A stretch of DNA of 63,957 nucleotides, counting the filler, from Planctomycetota bacterium (GTDB taxonomy: Bacteria > Planctomycetota > Planctomycetia > JALXBF01), in NCBI GenBank assembly GCA_026991575.1. It is 7 parts of 7 records of this genome, joined end to end, with 100 filler letters (N's around TTAATTAATTAA, not from the genome) between each part and the next. Parts side by side here need not be neighbours in the genome. Positions count along the whole stretch, not along the records: positions 46,753 to 52,715 come from JALXBF010000086.1; positions 52,816 to 58,607 come from JALXBF010000089.1; positions 58,708 to 60,294 come from JALXBF010000091.1; positions 60,395 to 63,957 come from JALXBF010000165.1; 3 more parts are not named here. One strand, 5' to 3'. Each line of letters starts with the position of its first letter. Within the stretch, counting starts at the first letter, position 1. The position numbers were made by a program, and so were the translations under genes. This document shows, piece by piece, positions 51,976 through 62,103 of the stretch. The notes under the pieces are model-generated. The model did no database searches and had not been told where the DNA came from. It was given only the letters and a program-made list of their open reading frames with translations.

Positions 51976-52715
51976 ATGGTGCGTTGGTTCCGGGAAGTCT
52001 GTGGGCTGCGCCGCTGTCTGACACTACTGATGGTAGCCATTGTTGGCCTGTGGTGCGCGGGCCAGGACGAGTTCGAGTGGGGGCACGCTGATGAGTGGGA
52101 GGGAAGGGGGCCCAGGGCAAGCAGGCGTTACGCTGGGAGCGGAGACTCCCAGGCAGAGGGTGTGCAGGAGAGCCGCGCAGGGAACGGTTGGCGCACACCC
52201 ATCGTTATCGGGCCGAGCCGACCGGATCGGCTCGAGCGGCTTGCCGTGGACGAGTTGGTCCGATACCTGCAAGTCGCCGGTGCCCGGGTGATGCAAGAAA
52301 CAGGCTCGACCCCATCGGTGCCGCGCGGACGTGTCCTCGTGCTCGGGCGGCCAGAGTCCAATCCGCTGCTCCAGCGCCTCCTGAAAGCAACCGGTACGGA
52401 ACCACCGCGCCAGCCGCAGGCGTTCCGCATTCGAGCGGTTCGTAACCCGGCAGACGCTGCAGGTGAGATCGTGCTCCTCTGCGGGGCGGATCCTCTGGGA
52501 GTCCTCTACGCCGTGCGCGACTTTGCCCACTACATGCTCTATCGCTCCGATCACGGGATCGAGGTCAAGAAGGCTGACATCCGCGTGAACCCGCCACTGA
52601 AGGTTCGGATGCTGTCAGAATCCGGGTGCAACTTGTTCTCGGCGGATAACGACCACGAAGGGTTCATGCGCTACCCACGGCTGAACCGCTTTAGCAGGAA
52701 CGTCGTGTTCGACAA
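51976..52715 (+). CDS. Secreted protein with GH20/GH67-type N-terminal domain (3' truncated)
   Basis: ERLAVDELVRYL...QAFRI...LCGADPLGVLYAVRDF pattern; start uncertain. Confidence 0.6.
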
Positions 52716-52815
52716 NNNNNNNNNNNNNNNNNNNNNNNNNNNNNNNNNNNNNNNNNNNNTTAATTAATTAANNNNNNNNNNNNNNNNNNNNNNNNNNNNN
52801 NNNNNNNNNNNNNNN
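52716..52815. other. Artificial contig linker
   Basis: N-run with TTAATTAATTAA. Confidence 0.99.
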
Positions 52816-53258
52816 CCCAGACCCCGCCCACCCAGGGCCAACAGATGCAGTTCGGGCCGGCCAATTCCCAGCCTGCCGAGTACCACTACGGCCCCAGCAG
52901 CTCGCAGGGGGTGGCTCCCGCCGGTGCAATCCAGGGTACCCAGCCGACACCGGCCCAGGGCATGCCTAGCGGCTCGTCCTACGCCGAACCATCCCACGCG
53001 CCGGACTACTCCTGGATCCGCGGCCGGCTGGAACGGTCCCACATCGGCGGTGGCGCGTGGATTATCCGCTATGGGGATGTCTCGCAAGAGGATCCCTATG
53101 GCGGAGCGGTTGTGCTGCAGGGAATTGACCCGAGCAGCTACGGGTTGCGGCCTGGCGACAAGGTGATCGTCCAGGGGTCAATCGTCGAGAACACGACGTT
53201 CCCGATCCTGCCCAATCCGGGGTACCGCGTCCAGAGTATTCAGCGGGCCGGTCGCTGA
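52816..53258 (+). CDS. C-terminal part of a planctomycete hypothetical protein (5' truncated)
   Basis: HAPDYSWIRGRLE...WIIRY...DPYGGAVVL...GDKVIVQG small beta-domain. Confidence 0.6.
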
Positions 53259-53277
53259 CACCAGGCACCACGGTGCG

Positions 53278-55206
53278 ATGGTGGCCAGAACCGTTCCGGT
53301 AGCGCCGTTCGAGCAGCGCAGGTTACTGGCGCCGCTGTCCGGTTGCACAGCCGCCGTTGTTCTGGCCCGGTTCTGGATCGTCTGGCTCGCGGAACGAGCC
53401 GTGCCGGCATCCCAGGGCCTCTGGTGGTACGCGCCGCTTGCCCCCGCCCAGGACCTGGCAGTCCTTGCAATCCTGTGGCTGACCGCCACAGCAGTTCACA
53501 ACCGCATCGGCAACCCGCGGACGCGACGGATCGTGCGAGTCGTCCTCTGGGTGGTCGTGCTCGTCACGCTGGTGTACACGGCCGTCAACGTGGAGCTGTA
53601 CCGGTTCGTGCGCAGCCCACTGACCTACCGCCTCTGGGCTCTGTCGGATCGGCTCAAGGGAGTGCGTGCCTCACTGGATGCGGCCCTCGACATCGAGCGG
53701 TGCGTTACGCTGTTGATTGTTCCCCTGGTTGGCGTGGGCGTTGCTATCGCCGTGGCAGTGCTTCTGCGCCGCCGGCCTCAGCTCGGTCGCTGGCTAAGCA
53801 CCAGCCCGTACGTGGCACTCCTCTACGGCTTGGCTGGCAGCATGCTTCTGATGCCGCTGTGTCCGGACCGGACCGCTTTCGCCAACCCATACGCAGCGCT
53901 GGTCGGTTCGCTCATCGTCCGCGACGACCCTTTCATCGAAGGCCAGGTCCAAGCGGAGTGCCTGGATGAGTTCGATCCGGCACGACGACGACATCCCGGG
54001 CTGACCCGCGGCACCGACCGGCTTGATGCGTTTGGCCCGGGCAAGCTGGTTGGACACAACGTTGTGCTGGTTGTGCTTGAGTCGGTCGGTGCACGGTACC
54101 TGTCGCTCTACGGCGCACCGTGGCCCACAACGCCCGTGCTGGAGCGATTGGCGAGCCGGTATGGTCTGGTCTTCACCCGTGCCTACGCTCACGCCCCGTG
54201 GACGTCTTCGGCCATGGCATCGATGTTCTGCTCGCTGCTGCCCCGGCACGGTTGGCGAGCGATTCCGGGTAAGTACCCGCGGCTGACAGTCCCGGGATTA
54301 GGCGATGTGCTCCGCCGGGCCGGCTACCGCACTGCCCTGTTCCACAGCGGCGACTTGACGTTCGACGACGAGGACAGGTTCCTGAAGAACCACGGGTTCG
54401 ATCTGGTCGAGGATTATCGGACGTTGGCCCGGCACTGCAACGACCCCGGTCGTCGCGCGGAGAAGGGGGGCAAATGGCAGTTACCCGACCAGGTCCTGCT
54501 GGCAGCAGCTCGAGACTGGCTCCGCGACGCGCGCGATCAACCCTGGTTGCTCGTGCTGTGGACGATCCAACCACACCATCCCTACGTACCGTTGGGCCCG
54601 GTGCCGGCGTACACGGGCAATGCGGATCTGAACCGGTACCTCGCCGCCATCACCGAGAACGATCGTCTCGTCGGTGAACTGTGGGAAATGCTCCACGAGG
54701 AGGGACTGGCGGACCGGACGCTTCTGGTTGTTACCGGCGACCACGGTGAGGCGTTCGGACAGCACGGTCACATCGCCCACGGGCAGACGCTCTTTGAGGA
54801 AGAGGTGCGCGTGCCGCTGATCTTCATCCATCGTGCCTTCCGCCCCGACCGACTACCGCATATGACCGGCCAGATCGACCTGGCGCCAACGCTTGTGTCG
54901 CTGCTAGGCCTTTCGCCGGCCCCGGAATGGCAAGGGCAACCTCTACACGGTGCACCGGCAGACCGACCGGTGTACCTCTTCACTGCGTACAACCACTACC
55001 TGTTCGGGCTGGTAACCCGGCGGACCAAGTATGTGCTGGATGCGACTACCGGGGAGCTGGTCCGCTACGACCTCGCTGCCGACCCCTGGGAACGCCAGGC
55101 GACCGTTCCTGGCCAGACCGAAGCCGACCGGATACGGCGACGTCTGGCGACCTGGCTGCATTTCCAGAACCCGTTTCTGGAAGGTCATCGCAGTACGGTG
55201 CGCTGA
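53278..55206 (+). CDS. LtaS/MdoB-like membrane sulfatase-fold transferase
   Basis: Five N-terminal TMs, VVLES, PWTSSA (Thr nucleophile), PHHPY, TGDHGEAFGQHG and QIDLAPT motifs. Confidence 0.85.
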   Translation: MVARTVPVAPFEQRRLLAPLSGCTAAVVLARFWIVWLAERAVPASQGLWWYAPLAPAQDLAVLAILWLTATAVHNRIGNPRTRRIVRVVLWVVVLVTLVYTAVNVELYRFVRSPLTYRLWALSDRLKGVRASLDAALDIERCVTLLIVPLVGVGVAIAVAVLLRRRPQLGRWLSTSPYVALLYGLAGSMLLMPLCPDRTAFANPYAALVGSLIVRDDPFIEGQVQAECLDEFDPARRRHPGLTRGTDRLDAFGPGKLVGHNVVLVVLESVGARYLSLYGAPWPTTPVLERLASRYGLVFTRAYAHAPWTSSAMASMFCSLLPRHGWRAIPGKYPRLTVPGLGDVLRRAGYRTALFHSGDLTFDDEDRFLKNHGFDLVEDYRTLARHCNDPGRRAEKGGKWQLPDQVLLAAARDWLRDARDQPWLLVLWTIQPHHPYVPLGPVPAYTGNADLNRYLAAITENDRLVGELWEMLHEEGLADRTLLVVTGDHGEAFGQHGHIAHGQTLFEEEVRVPLIFIHRAFRPDRLPHMTGQIDLAPTLVSLLGLSPAPEWQGQPLHGAPADRPVYLFTAYNHYLFGLVTRRTKYVLDATTGELVRYDLAADPWERQATVPGQTEADRIRRRLATWLHFQNPFLEGHRSTVR

Positions 55207-55268
55207 CGGAGCCAGCTGGTGACTCCCCCCCGAAGGTGTGGTCCGCGTGCTGTCGGCTCCGTGGCGGT

Positions 55269-55892
55269 TCAGTCCATGAACACTTTCGGGTAATGCTCGT
55301 AGACGCGGGTCAAGAGCTGAAGCCCTTCAGGCGTCACCCGATACAGCCTGTAGTTACCGTGGTCTTCCGGTTCTGGGTGGCAGATGCGGAACGGTGTCTC
55401 GCCGTTGGTTGCCCAGACGGGCTGCGTGAAGTAGTCGATGACACGTTGCCTGAGCTCGTCCGTTGGCCGCACGCGAATTTCCTCGTTCAGGTACAGCACG
55501 TAGCCGAACTCTTCGATCTCATCCCACGGCATGTCCTCCTGTTTCTCGCCGCGGTAGTATGGCTCCAGGACGATGACGTCCTTCTTCTGGGCGGGGTTGT
55601 ACAGCATGTCGATGGCGTTCCACGGGCAGACGGTCAGGGTGAAGAAGTCGGTGCTCTCGCTGGGGACCCGGTAGCAGAGCTGACAGCCGATGCAGCGGGT
55701 GGTGTCGATCTGGTGGTAGCTTTCAGAGGGGAGCACACCGGGCACTTCGTAGATGCAGTCCACAGGGCAGACCGAGGCGCAGGAGTTGCATGAGGTACAC
55801 GAGTTGCGGTTGATGACCGCGATGTAGCGCGGCTCCTTCTTGCGTTCGGCCTTCTTGCGTTTGGCGAAGTACTCGCTGACGCTGATCGTCAT
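55269..55892 (-). CDS. 2x[4Fe-4S] ferredoxin-domain protein with C-terminal extension
   Basis: CTSCNSCASVCP and CIGCQLC-x15-CP motifs. Confidence 0.85.
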   Translation of the reverse strand: MTISVSEYFAKRKKAERKKEPRYIAVINRNSCTSCNSCASVCPVDCIYEVPGVLPSESYHQIDTTRCIGCQLCYRVPSESTDFFTLTVCPWNAIDMLYNPAQKKDVIVLEPYYRGEKQEDMPWDEIEEFGYVLYLNEEIRVRPTDELRQRVIDYFTQPVWATNGETPFRICHPEPEDHGNYRLYRVTPEGLQLLTRVYEHYPKVFMD

Positions 55893-55928
55893 TGTTTTCA
55901 AACCTCGGTTACCGTTCGATTCCCGAGC

Positions 55929-56402
55929 TCAGGGCGCTTTGCCAATTCTTCCGGCAAGCACATCCTTTTCAAGTTGGGCGAGTTGGTCAAGACGTCGGCG
56001 GTGGCGGGGCAGTTCGTCGAATCGGGCTGTTAGGAACGTCTGCACGAGGATGCGGGCCAGACCCGGGCCAACGACGCGTGCGCCAAGGCAGAGCACGTTC
56101 ATGTGGTCGTGCTCGACGCCCTGCCGGGCACTGTATGTGTCGTGGCAGACGCACGCTCGCACCCCGGGCACCTTGTTGGCGGCGAGGCACATGCCGACGC
56201 CACTGCCGCACAGCAGGATGCCACGTTCCGCTTGCCCGTCGACCACGGCCAGAGCCACCTTGCGAGCGTACTCCGGGTAGTCGCACGGCTCGGGCCGGTC
56301 GGTGCCGAAGTCCAGCACCTGGCAGCTCAGGTCGCGGCACGTTTGCAACACCACGGCCCGCAGCGGAAAACCACCGTGGTCTGTTGCGAAAGCGACGATC
56401 AC
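55929..56402 (-). CDS. rpiB: Ribose-5-phosphate isomerase B
   Basis: DHGG, DYP, LCGSGVG, ANKVPGVRA, NVLCLGAR and RHRRRL motifs. Confidence 0.95.
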   Translation of the reverse strand: MIVAFATDHGGFPLRAVVLQTCRDLSCQVLDFGTDRPEPCDYPEYARKVALAVVDGQAERGILLCGSGVGMCLAANKVPGVRACVCHDTYSARQGVEHDHMNVLCLGARVVGPGLARILVQTFLTARFDELPRHRRRLDQLAQLEKDVLAGRIGKAP

Positions 56403-56409
56403 CGTCCAA

Positions 56410-57645
56410 TCACTCGCTACGGTTCCAGTAGATCTTCACGTTTCGGGTTGCGCGCCCGACGGCGACAATGTCCAGTCGGCCGTCGCCGTCCAGGTCTGCC
56501 ACACCCACGTCCTCGCATGCCATGCCACCGCGATCCAGGTCCATGCTTTCCCAGTGCGTGGCTTGCTTGTTGGCAGCCCGGTACAGCCGCACGCCGTATG
56601 GGACGTCCTTCGAGTAGGGGGCCCGGAACCCGGCTACGATCTCATCGTTGCCGTCGCCGTCCAGGTCCGCGCACCAGACGGCGTGTCCTTGGCGCAGCCG
56701 CCGGTCCACCACCACGCGGCGAAAACGGTACTTCTGCCCGCGCTGCTGAACGTACACCACGACCTTGTCCCCGTGCCAAGGTTCGATCGTGGCCACGATC
56801 CGTCTGCCGTCCCGGAGCCGCCCAGTCTTCACCTCACTGCAGCCGCGTTCCCGGTCCGGGTTCGACTGGTCACCTTCACCGAGCTGGTGGCGGTGCCACT
56901 TACCGTCACGGTACTCGTAGCAGAAGAGGCCCTCGTAGCTGGCCGTCAGGACCTCAGAGCGGCCGTCGCCGTCCAGGTCGTCGATCCAGGCGTTGTGCAT
57001 CACGTGCAGGTTCTGGTCGTCGATAACGCGGCGCGGCCAGGCCTGCTGCGGCTCAGCGGTCGGCTCGTAGTAGAGCAGCGGCACGGGCCGCTCCATGAAA
57101 TTGTTCCGCCGCGTCGTGCCTTCGCCCAACAGCGGCGCGGACAGCAGCTCAGCGGCGCCGTCACCGTCGATGTCACCGACGCGGATGCGATGGATGCTGA
57201 TGAAGCGGTCGATCGGATGAATCGACCACTGTGCACCGGGCCGAGCTGGATTGCGCAGCCACTGCAGGGTGCCTGGATCGCGCGTGTTGAACCCGCGCCA
57301 GCCGGCGCCGAGCACCAGATCGAGCCAACCGTCGCGGTCAACATCCAGCGGGGCGATGCAGACGTTGTCCGGTTTCGTGCTGCCTTCTGGCAAGATGGTG
57401 CGCAGCCGCCAGCTCGGGTTCTCGAAGAAAATCAGCCGCCGGCTGTCCACGACGATGATATCGGGGCGGTGGTCACCGGTGATATCTGCCAGAAGCACGG
57501 CGTAGCCCACAGTCAGGGAGCGGTCGATTTCGACCGCTTCAAAGCGGGGCCAGGGGCGGGAGGATTGACCACGGGCGCCAGTGACCGGTAGCGACAGAAG
57601 CAGCGCAGTCAGCATTAGTTGACAGGTGGTTGCAATGCGTTTCAT
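56410..57645 (-). CDS. Secreted FG-GAP/VCBS beta-propeller protein (aldos-2-ulose dehydratase propeller-like)
   Basis: Signal peptide, repeated DxDGDG motifs, IHRIR, IEPWHGD and GHAVWCAD. Confidence 0.75.
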   Translation of the reverse strand: MKRIATTCQLMLTALLLSLPVTGARGQSSRPWPRFEAVEIDRSLTVGYAVLLADITGDHRPDIIVVDSRRLIFFENPSWRLRTILPEGSTKPDNVCIAPLDVDRDGWLDLVLGAGWRGFNTRDPGTLQWLRNPARPGAQWSIHPIDRFISIHRIRVGDIDGDGAAELLSAPLLGEGTTRRNNFMERPVPLLYYEPTAEPQQAWPRRVIDDQNLHVMHNAWIDDLDGDGRSEVLTASYEGLFCYEYRDGKWHRHQLGEGDQSNPDRERGCSEVKTGRLRDGRRIVATIEPWHGDKVVVYVQQRGQKYRFRRVVVDRRLRQGHAVWCADLDGDGNDEIVAGFRAPYSKDVPYGVRLYRAANKQATHWESMDLDRGGMACEDVGVADLDGDGRLDIVAVGRATRNVKIYWNRSE

Positions 57646-57670
57646 GGCGGCGGTTCCGTTGGTAGGCGTC

Positions 57671-58312
57671 TTAGTCGGATGGTTCACCCCAGCGGCTGAC
57701 CAGGGCGTTCTGGACTCCGAGGTGGTCGAGCACCCGGCCAACGATGAAGTCCACCAGGTCAGCCAGTGTCCTGGGTCGATGATACCAGCCCGGCGAGGCT
57801 GGCAGCACGACAGCCCCGGCTCGGGCACAGCGGTGCAGGTTCTCGAGCTGGATGGCGCTCAGCGGTGTCTCCCGCGGCACAAGGACCAGCGTCCGCCGCT
57901 CCTTCAAATGCACATCGGCAGCGCGGTGGATCAGGTTGGTGGCCAGCCCGTGGGCAATGGCTGCGACGGTGCTCATCGAGCAAGGGCAGATGGCCATGCC
58001 AGCAGTGCGGTATGAACCGCTGGCGATGCCAGCAGACCAGTCGTCAATCCGGTGGTAGATCAGCTTCCCGGCCAACGTCGCGTCCTGTGGCCGAAAGCCG
58101 TAGCCGTCCAGTACATCACGCACTTCGTTCAGGAAGGCATGCTCCTCAAACTGATCCACCACCAGGTCCAGCTCGTCGCGCAGCACCTGCTCGGCGGCCG
58201 AGCTGATCAGCAGGTGGACTTCGCGGTCGGCTGCCAGCAGCCGCTCGAGCAGGCGGATGCCGTAGACGGCACCGCTGCCGCCGCTCATTGCCAGCACGAT
58301 CCGCTTGGTCAC
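57671..58312 (-). CDS. ubiX: Flavin prenyltransferase
   Basis: AMSGGSGAVYG, IASGS, PCSM, RAADVHLKERR, PRETPL and PGWYHRP motifs. Confidence 0.95.
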   Translation of the reverse strand: MTKRIVLAMSGGSGAVYGIRLLERLLAADREVHLLISSAAEQVLRDELDLVVDQFEEHAFLNEVRDVLDGYGFRPQDATLAGKLIYHRIDDWSAGIASGSYRTAGMAICPCSMSTVAAIAHGLATNLIHRAADVHLKERRTLVLVPRETPLSAIQLENLHRCARAGAVVLPASPGWYHRPRTLADLVDFIVGRVLDHLGVQNALVSRWGEPSD

Positions 58313-58605
58313 GGTGCGGTCCCGTTATGCCGGTACCCGACGGCCGCGGTGGCCGCTGTTGTCGCCTGCGGCCGGCAGCGGCCCGGTGAGCCCGCCGGGC
58401 GTACGCCCACGTAGAGATTGGCGATCCCGAAGGTGAACGGGATGGCTTGCGTGTCGCGCAGCCCGTGGGCTTGCATGAAGGCCAGCATCTGCTCGTCGGT
58501 GTAGAACTCCAGCACACTCTCCGGCAGATACTCGTAGGCACGGAATCGATTCGGGGCGATCGCCTGTCCAACAGCCGGCAGAACCCGGCGGAAGTAGACG
58601 TAGTA
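58309..58605 (-). CDS. menG: C-terminal fragment of demethylmenaquinone/ubiquinone methyltransferase (5' truncated)
   Basis: Manual translation YFRRVLPAVGQAIA...AYEYLPESVLEF...FTFGIANLYVG. Confidence 0.85.
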   Translation of the reverse strand, partial: YYVYFRRVLPAVGQAIAPNRFRAYEYLPESVLEFYTDEQMLAFMQAHGLRDTQAIPFTFGIANLYVGVRPAGSPGRCRPQATTAATAAVGYRHNGTAP

Positions 58606-58607
58606 GG

Positions 58608-58707
58608 NNNNNNNNNNNNNNNNNNNNNNNNNNNNNNNNNNNNNNNNNNNNTTAATTAATTAANNNNNNNNNNNNNNNNNNNNNNNNNNNNNNNNNNNNN
58701 NNNNNNN
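58608..58707. other. Artificial contig linker
   Basis: N-run with TTAATTAATTAA. Confidence 0.99.
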
Positions 58708-59137
58708 GCAACCGTTGCTTACGCACGCGCTGCCCCGCTTCACGCACGTGCCGTCTGCCGGCGGCAACCTGCCGCTCACGCCGTTCCCTGCGCAGCCGGC
58801 GTGCTGCCCGTGGTAGTGGTCCGACCAGCTGACCTAGTTCCATGTTCAGTTCACGGGCGGCGAACGGCTGACCCGAGTCCAACAGCCACTCCACCTCGTC
58901 GGCCATCTCCTCAGCACGCCTGAACTGCTCGGGGACGTACCGGTCCAGTCCCTGCGCGCGCATGTCTTCCAGAATCTCGCGGTACCGCATCAAGAACTCC
59001 TCCGTGCGCCGGGCCACCCTGCGGGCATGCTCCGCCCGCCTGCTCCCGCCCGCACGTTGCTGCCGCGTGGCACTGTAGACTGCCGCCGCACCGGCCGCTG
59101 CAAAGGCTGAGATCGTGAAAAGCCCGAACTCGCTCAT
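58708..59137 (-). CDS. Hypothetical coiled-coil protein (3' truncated)
   Basis: Helical, charged ORF with coding-like codon usage. Confidence 0.6.
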
Positions 59138-59707
59138 CGGTCAAGCCACCCGCTACCGAGCCTCTTTCCCGGTCTGGACCTTTCCTACCTACGTTCTTAA
59201 CGCGACCGGCACGCTGAGTCTGACACGGACTCCGTGCCGGCCAATCGTCTGCCAAAGAGATGTAGCTGGTGCGGCCCCCTGAGCGTCTGGGTTCGCTTCG
59301 GCGTGTGCAGACCTGGTGGTCGTGTGACCGGGCGCGGGAAAGCGTTGCCGACGGCGGGCCGCCGCCAGCGAGAAGAGCTGCACCGCCGGGGAAAGGGGCA
59401 GGGCCTTGAATGCGACCGCTAGGGTCGACCTGGCGAGGATGCAGTCCTGCACCCCCCGGCTGCCAGTTCGTGGCGCCTGCCGGGTTGAACCGACCTCACC
59501 AGGCCGAACACCGCCCGTTGCGAAATGGTCCGCTAGCCAGGCGCGTTTCCACGGTTGGCTACGTTGCGGTCCCGATCGCCTGCCGGCAGGAAAGCTGCGT
59601 TGGACCAGGCAACGAGATGGGGGTTACAAAGGAATGCCCACTGACGGACCATGACACACCGCTGGGAACAGCGAGGCAACGTGCGGGTGGAAAAGCGGAG
59701 GTGTCCG

Positions 59708-60091
59708 ATGTCGTTTTGTGCTGCCATCAACTGTATGGATGGCCGAGTGCAACTGCCCGTGATCCGGTATCTCCAACAACGGTTCGATGTTGCGTTCGTC
59801 GATATGATCACCGAGCCCGGACCTTGCCGGATCCTGGCCGAAGGTTCGGACGACAGCCGGCGGCAGGCCATCTTCGAGCGTTGCGACCTGTCGGTAGCTA
59901 AGCACCGAGCGGTGGCGATAGCCGTCGTCGCTCACCACGACTGCGCGGGCAATCCCGTCCACGAAGCGGTGCAGCGACGGCAGCTGGCAAAGTCACTGGA
60001 GACGCTTCGAGGCCGGTACAACCACCTGACGCTGATCGCCCTCTGCGTCGATGAGCGGCTGGTTGTGCACGAGGTGCCTGTCGAAGCATGA
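59708..60091 (+). CDS. Small beta-class-like carbonic anhydrase
   Basis: NCMDGR and HHDCAGNP Zn ligands, DMITEPG; GGAGG RBS before ATG 59708. Confidence 0.85.
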   Translation: MSFCAAINCMDGRVQLPVIRYLQQRFDVAFVDMITEPGPCRILAEGSDDSRRQAIFERCDLSVAKHRAVAIAVVAHHDCAGNPVHEAVQRRQLAKSLETLRGRYNHLTLIALCVDERLVVHEVPVEA

Positions 60092-60294
60092 CCAACGCGC
60101 GGCCTGCCGTCCGTGCTGGGGACCGCGGTCACCTCGGAAGTTTCAGCGCGTGCCGGGTTCGGGCCCAGACGGCGTACGCTCCAGCAGGATCGACCACGCC
60201 AGCGGACGGCGCTCACCGGGCAGACGCGCATCGAAGCGAAATTCGCGCAGTGCCACGAATCGGAACGGACCGCTGAAATCTTCCCGAATCTCTG

Positions 60295-60394
60295 NNNNNN
60301 NNNNNNNNNNNNNNNNNNNNNNNNNNNNNNNNNNNNNNTTAATTAATTAANNNNNNNNNNNNNNNNNNNNNNNNNNNNNNNNNNNNNNNNNNNN
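60295..60394. other. Artificial contig linker
   Basis: N-run with TTAATTAATTAA. Confidence 0.99.
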
Positions 60395-60701
60395 GCTCCC
60401 GCCTCACCGACCGCCACGCCAGCACCATGTACTCCATCATGCGGCCCAGCATGTCCTGCTCCACGGTGCGGGTGAACTCAAACACCACCACCACGTACCG
60501 CCCCTCCACCTCCGCAACCCACACCAGGTCCGCCAGACGCGATCGGTCCGCACGCCGACTCACGTGGCCTTCCGCTGCGCGATAGAGGTTCTGAATCGGC
60601 ACCGGCCGGTCCCACAGGAGGCGGAAGAGGACCGACAGCAGTTCCATGACCACTTCGGGGTTGGCGAACAACTGTCTGTAGGCTTTGTCATGCATGCCCA
60701 T
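60395..60701 (-). CDS. Rpn-family (YhgA-like PD-(D/E)XK) nuclease, N-terminal part
   Basis: HDKAYRQLF, RLADLVW and VVFEF...DM..RMMEY motifs. Confidence 0.8.
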
Positions 60702-60878
60702 CGTCCGCCACCGTCAGTTGTCTTGTAACAGTGAGTTGTAGCCGTATCGCAGACTCCTGCTGGTGACCTGGTCGGTGCAGCCGTGGCTACGGTTGGCCGG
60801 CCGCAGGCGGCTCTGTTCCCGCGCCCGGTGTACAGTTGGGCGTGGGGCGGGGTTGGTGGTTGTCATGGTGAGTGCTTA

Positions 60879-60895
60879 TGGCACATGCCGTGCCA
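60879..60895. promoter_or_regulatory. Palindromic sigma54-like (-24/-12) or transcription factor site
   Basis: TGGCAC-ATGCC-GTGCCA reads TGGCAC-N5-GTGC on both strands, with correct GG-N10-GC spacing. Confidence 0.45.
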
Positions 60896-61289
60896 AAGTG
60901 GGCGGCAGGTGCGAGGCATGGATGCATGTCGTGGTGTGGTAAGGCGTTATGGTAAACGCTGTGGCGGCGTTAGTCGGGAAATGACGGTGAGCGCGCGCCG
61001 CGCGCGCGGCGCTGGTCGGACAGGATGAGGCTCGGTTGTGCTGCGTAGGGATGGCACGGCGGGCGGTTGGGCTGGTGGGCCGATCGTTTCGATCGGCCGT
61101 AATTCCGTTTGGCCGGTCGGCTCGAGACCGGCTGTGAAGCCCAGTGTGCGTGGGCGCTGCCGGAGATGATCTGAGCCTACGGGGATGCGCGTACACCCGA
61201 CGAGAGGGGTGTATCTTACCCCGTGCGTGAGGGAGGTGGTTGCCTTTTTCGTCTTTCGCGTTGGCGGGTCGGTTTCGGGTGCGCTGGCA

Positions 61290-61457
61290 GCTGGTTTTGC
61301 CGGCGTCGGAGGACGGTTCACCTCGCCAGCTACCGCGAACTCGCGGCAGGGGGGCTTCATGCCCCCGACCGCGCTGTTGATGGGTAGCGCGGGCGGTACG
61401 AGCCTTGTTTGTTCTTCCGCCATGAGAACCCCCCTGACGCCGCGGACGGCGATCCGC
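61290..61457 (+). repeat. Fifth copy of the REP-like repeat, on a different contig
   Basis: GGGGGGCTTCATGCCCCC then TGTTGATGGGTAGCGCGGGCGGTACG (identical to 50747-50772) and GACGCCGCGGAC. Confidence 0.8.
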
Positions 61458-62103
61458 ATGGTGCTGGGCGGACTGGAGCGAACCAGAGCACTCAACCGAC
61501 AGGAGAAGCGACCGCTCAGGAGTCCGCGAGGCAGAAGCAAGCGAGGAAGCGGGGTAATGCCTGTGGAGCAAAAGGACGCAGGAAGGCGGAGATGACAGGA
61601 AAGCGGAACGGCGGGTGGTCCCTACGGTGATTGGCCGGCGAGGGTTAGGGAAGGTAAAGACGCTGGAGCGAGGTACTGGCGGAAGCCATGGAGCTAGAGG
61701 TTTGTCTGCCGGCTGCCCTGGTGACGGGATGTGGGACGGTTAGGTCCCATCCTCGAGTGGGTTGGCGCGCCTGGATGCAGCCCGAGCAGAAGGTCTATCG
61801 GTCCTCTTTGGGGCAGGGCCGCCAATCGGAAAGCAGGATGCCGATGAACCACGCCGAGGGGGCAGGTTGCGGGCAACCGGGCCTTGTCACCCTGCATGTT
61901 CGAAGCAGGCTGCGCGAAAAGTTCATCTTCTTTCTTCGCCTGTCACCGAGGGCACGGCGGGTACCGCCCCAACTGTTGACGCGGCGCCGAAGCACCGCAT
62001 CGGCTGGTCCGGTGTGCCGCAAAGGCTGAAGCGTACCCGGATGCAAGAGCCGAAAGGAACCTGTGTGGAGCAGGGGCGGTACTCCGGTGCCACTGCTTGC
62101 CTG

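Noticed and set aside
60783..62046. Multiple 60-230-aa ORFs between rpn and the TPR-containing gene
   Set aside because: No recognisable domains or RBS, and they span the non-coding repeat; treated as intergenic
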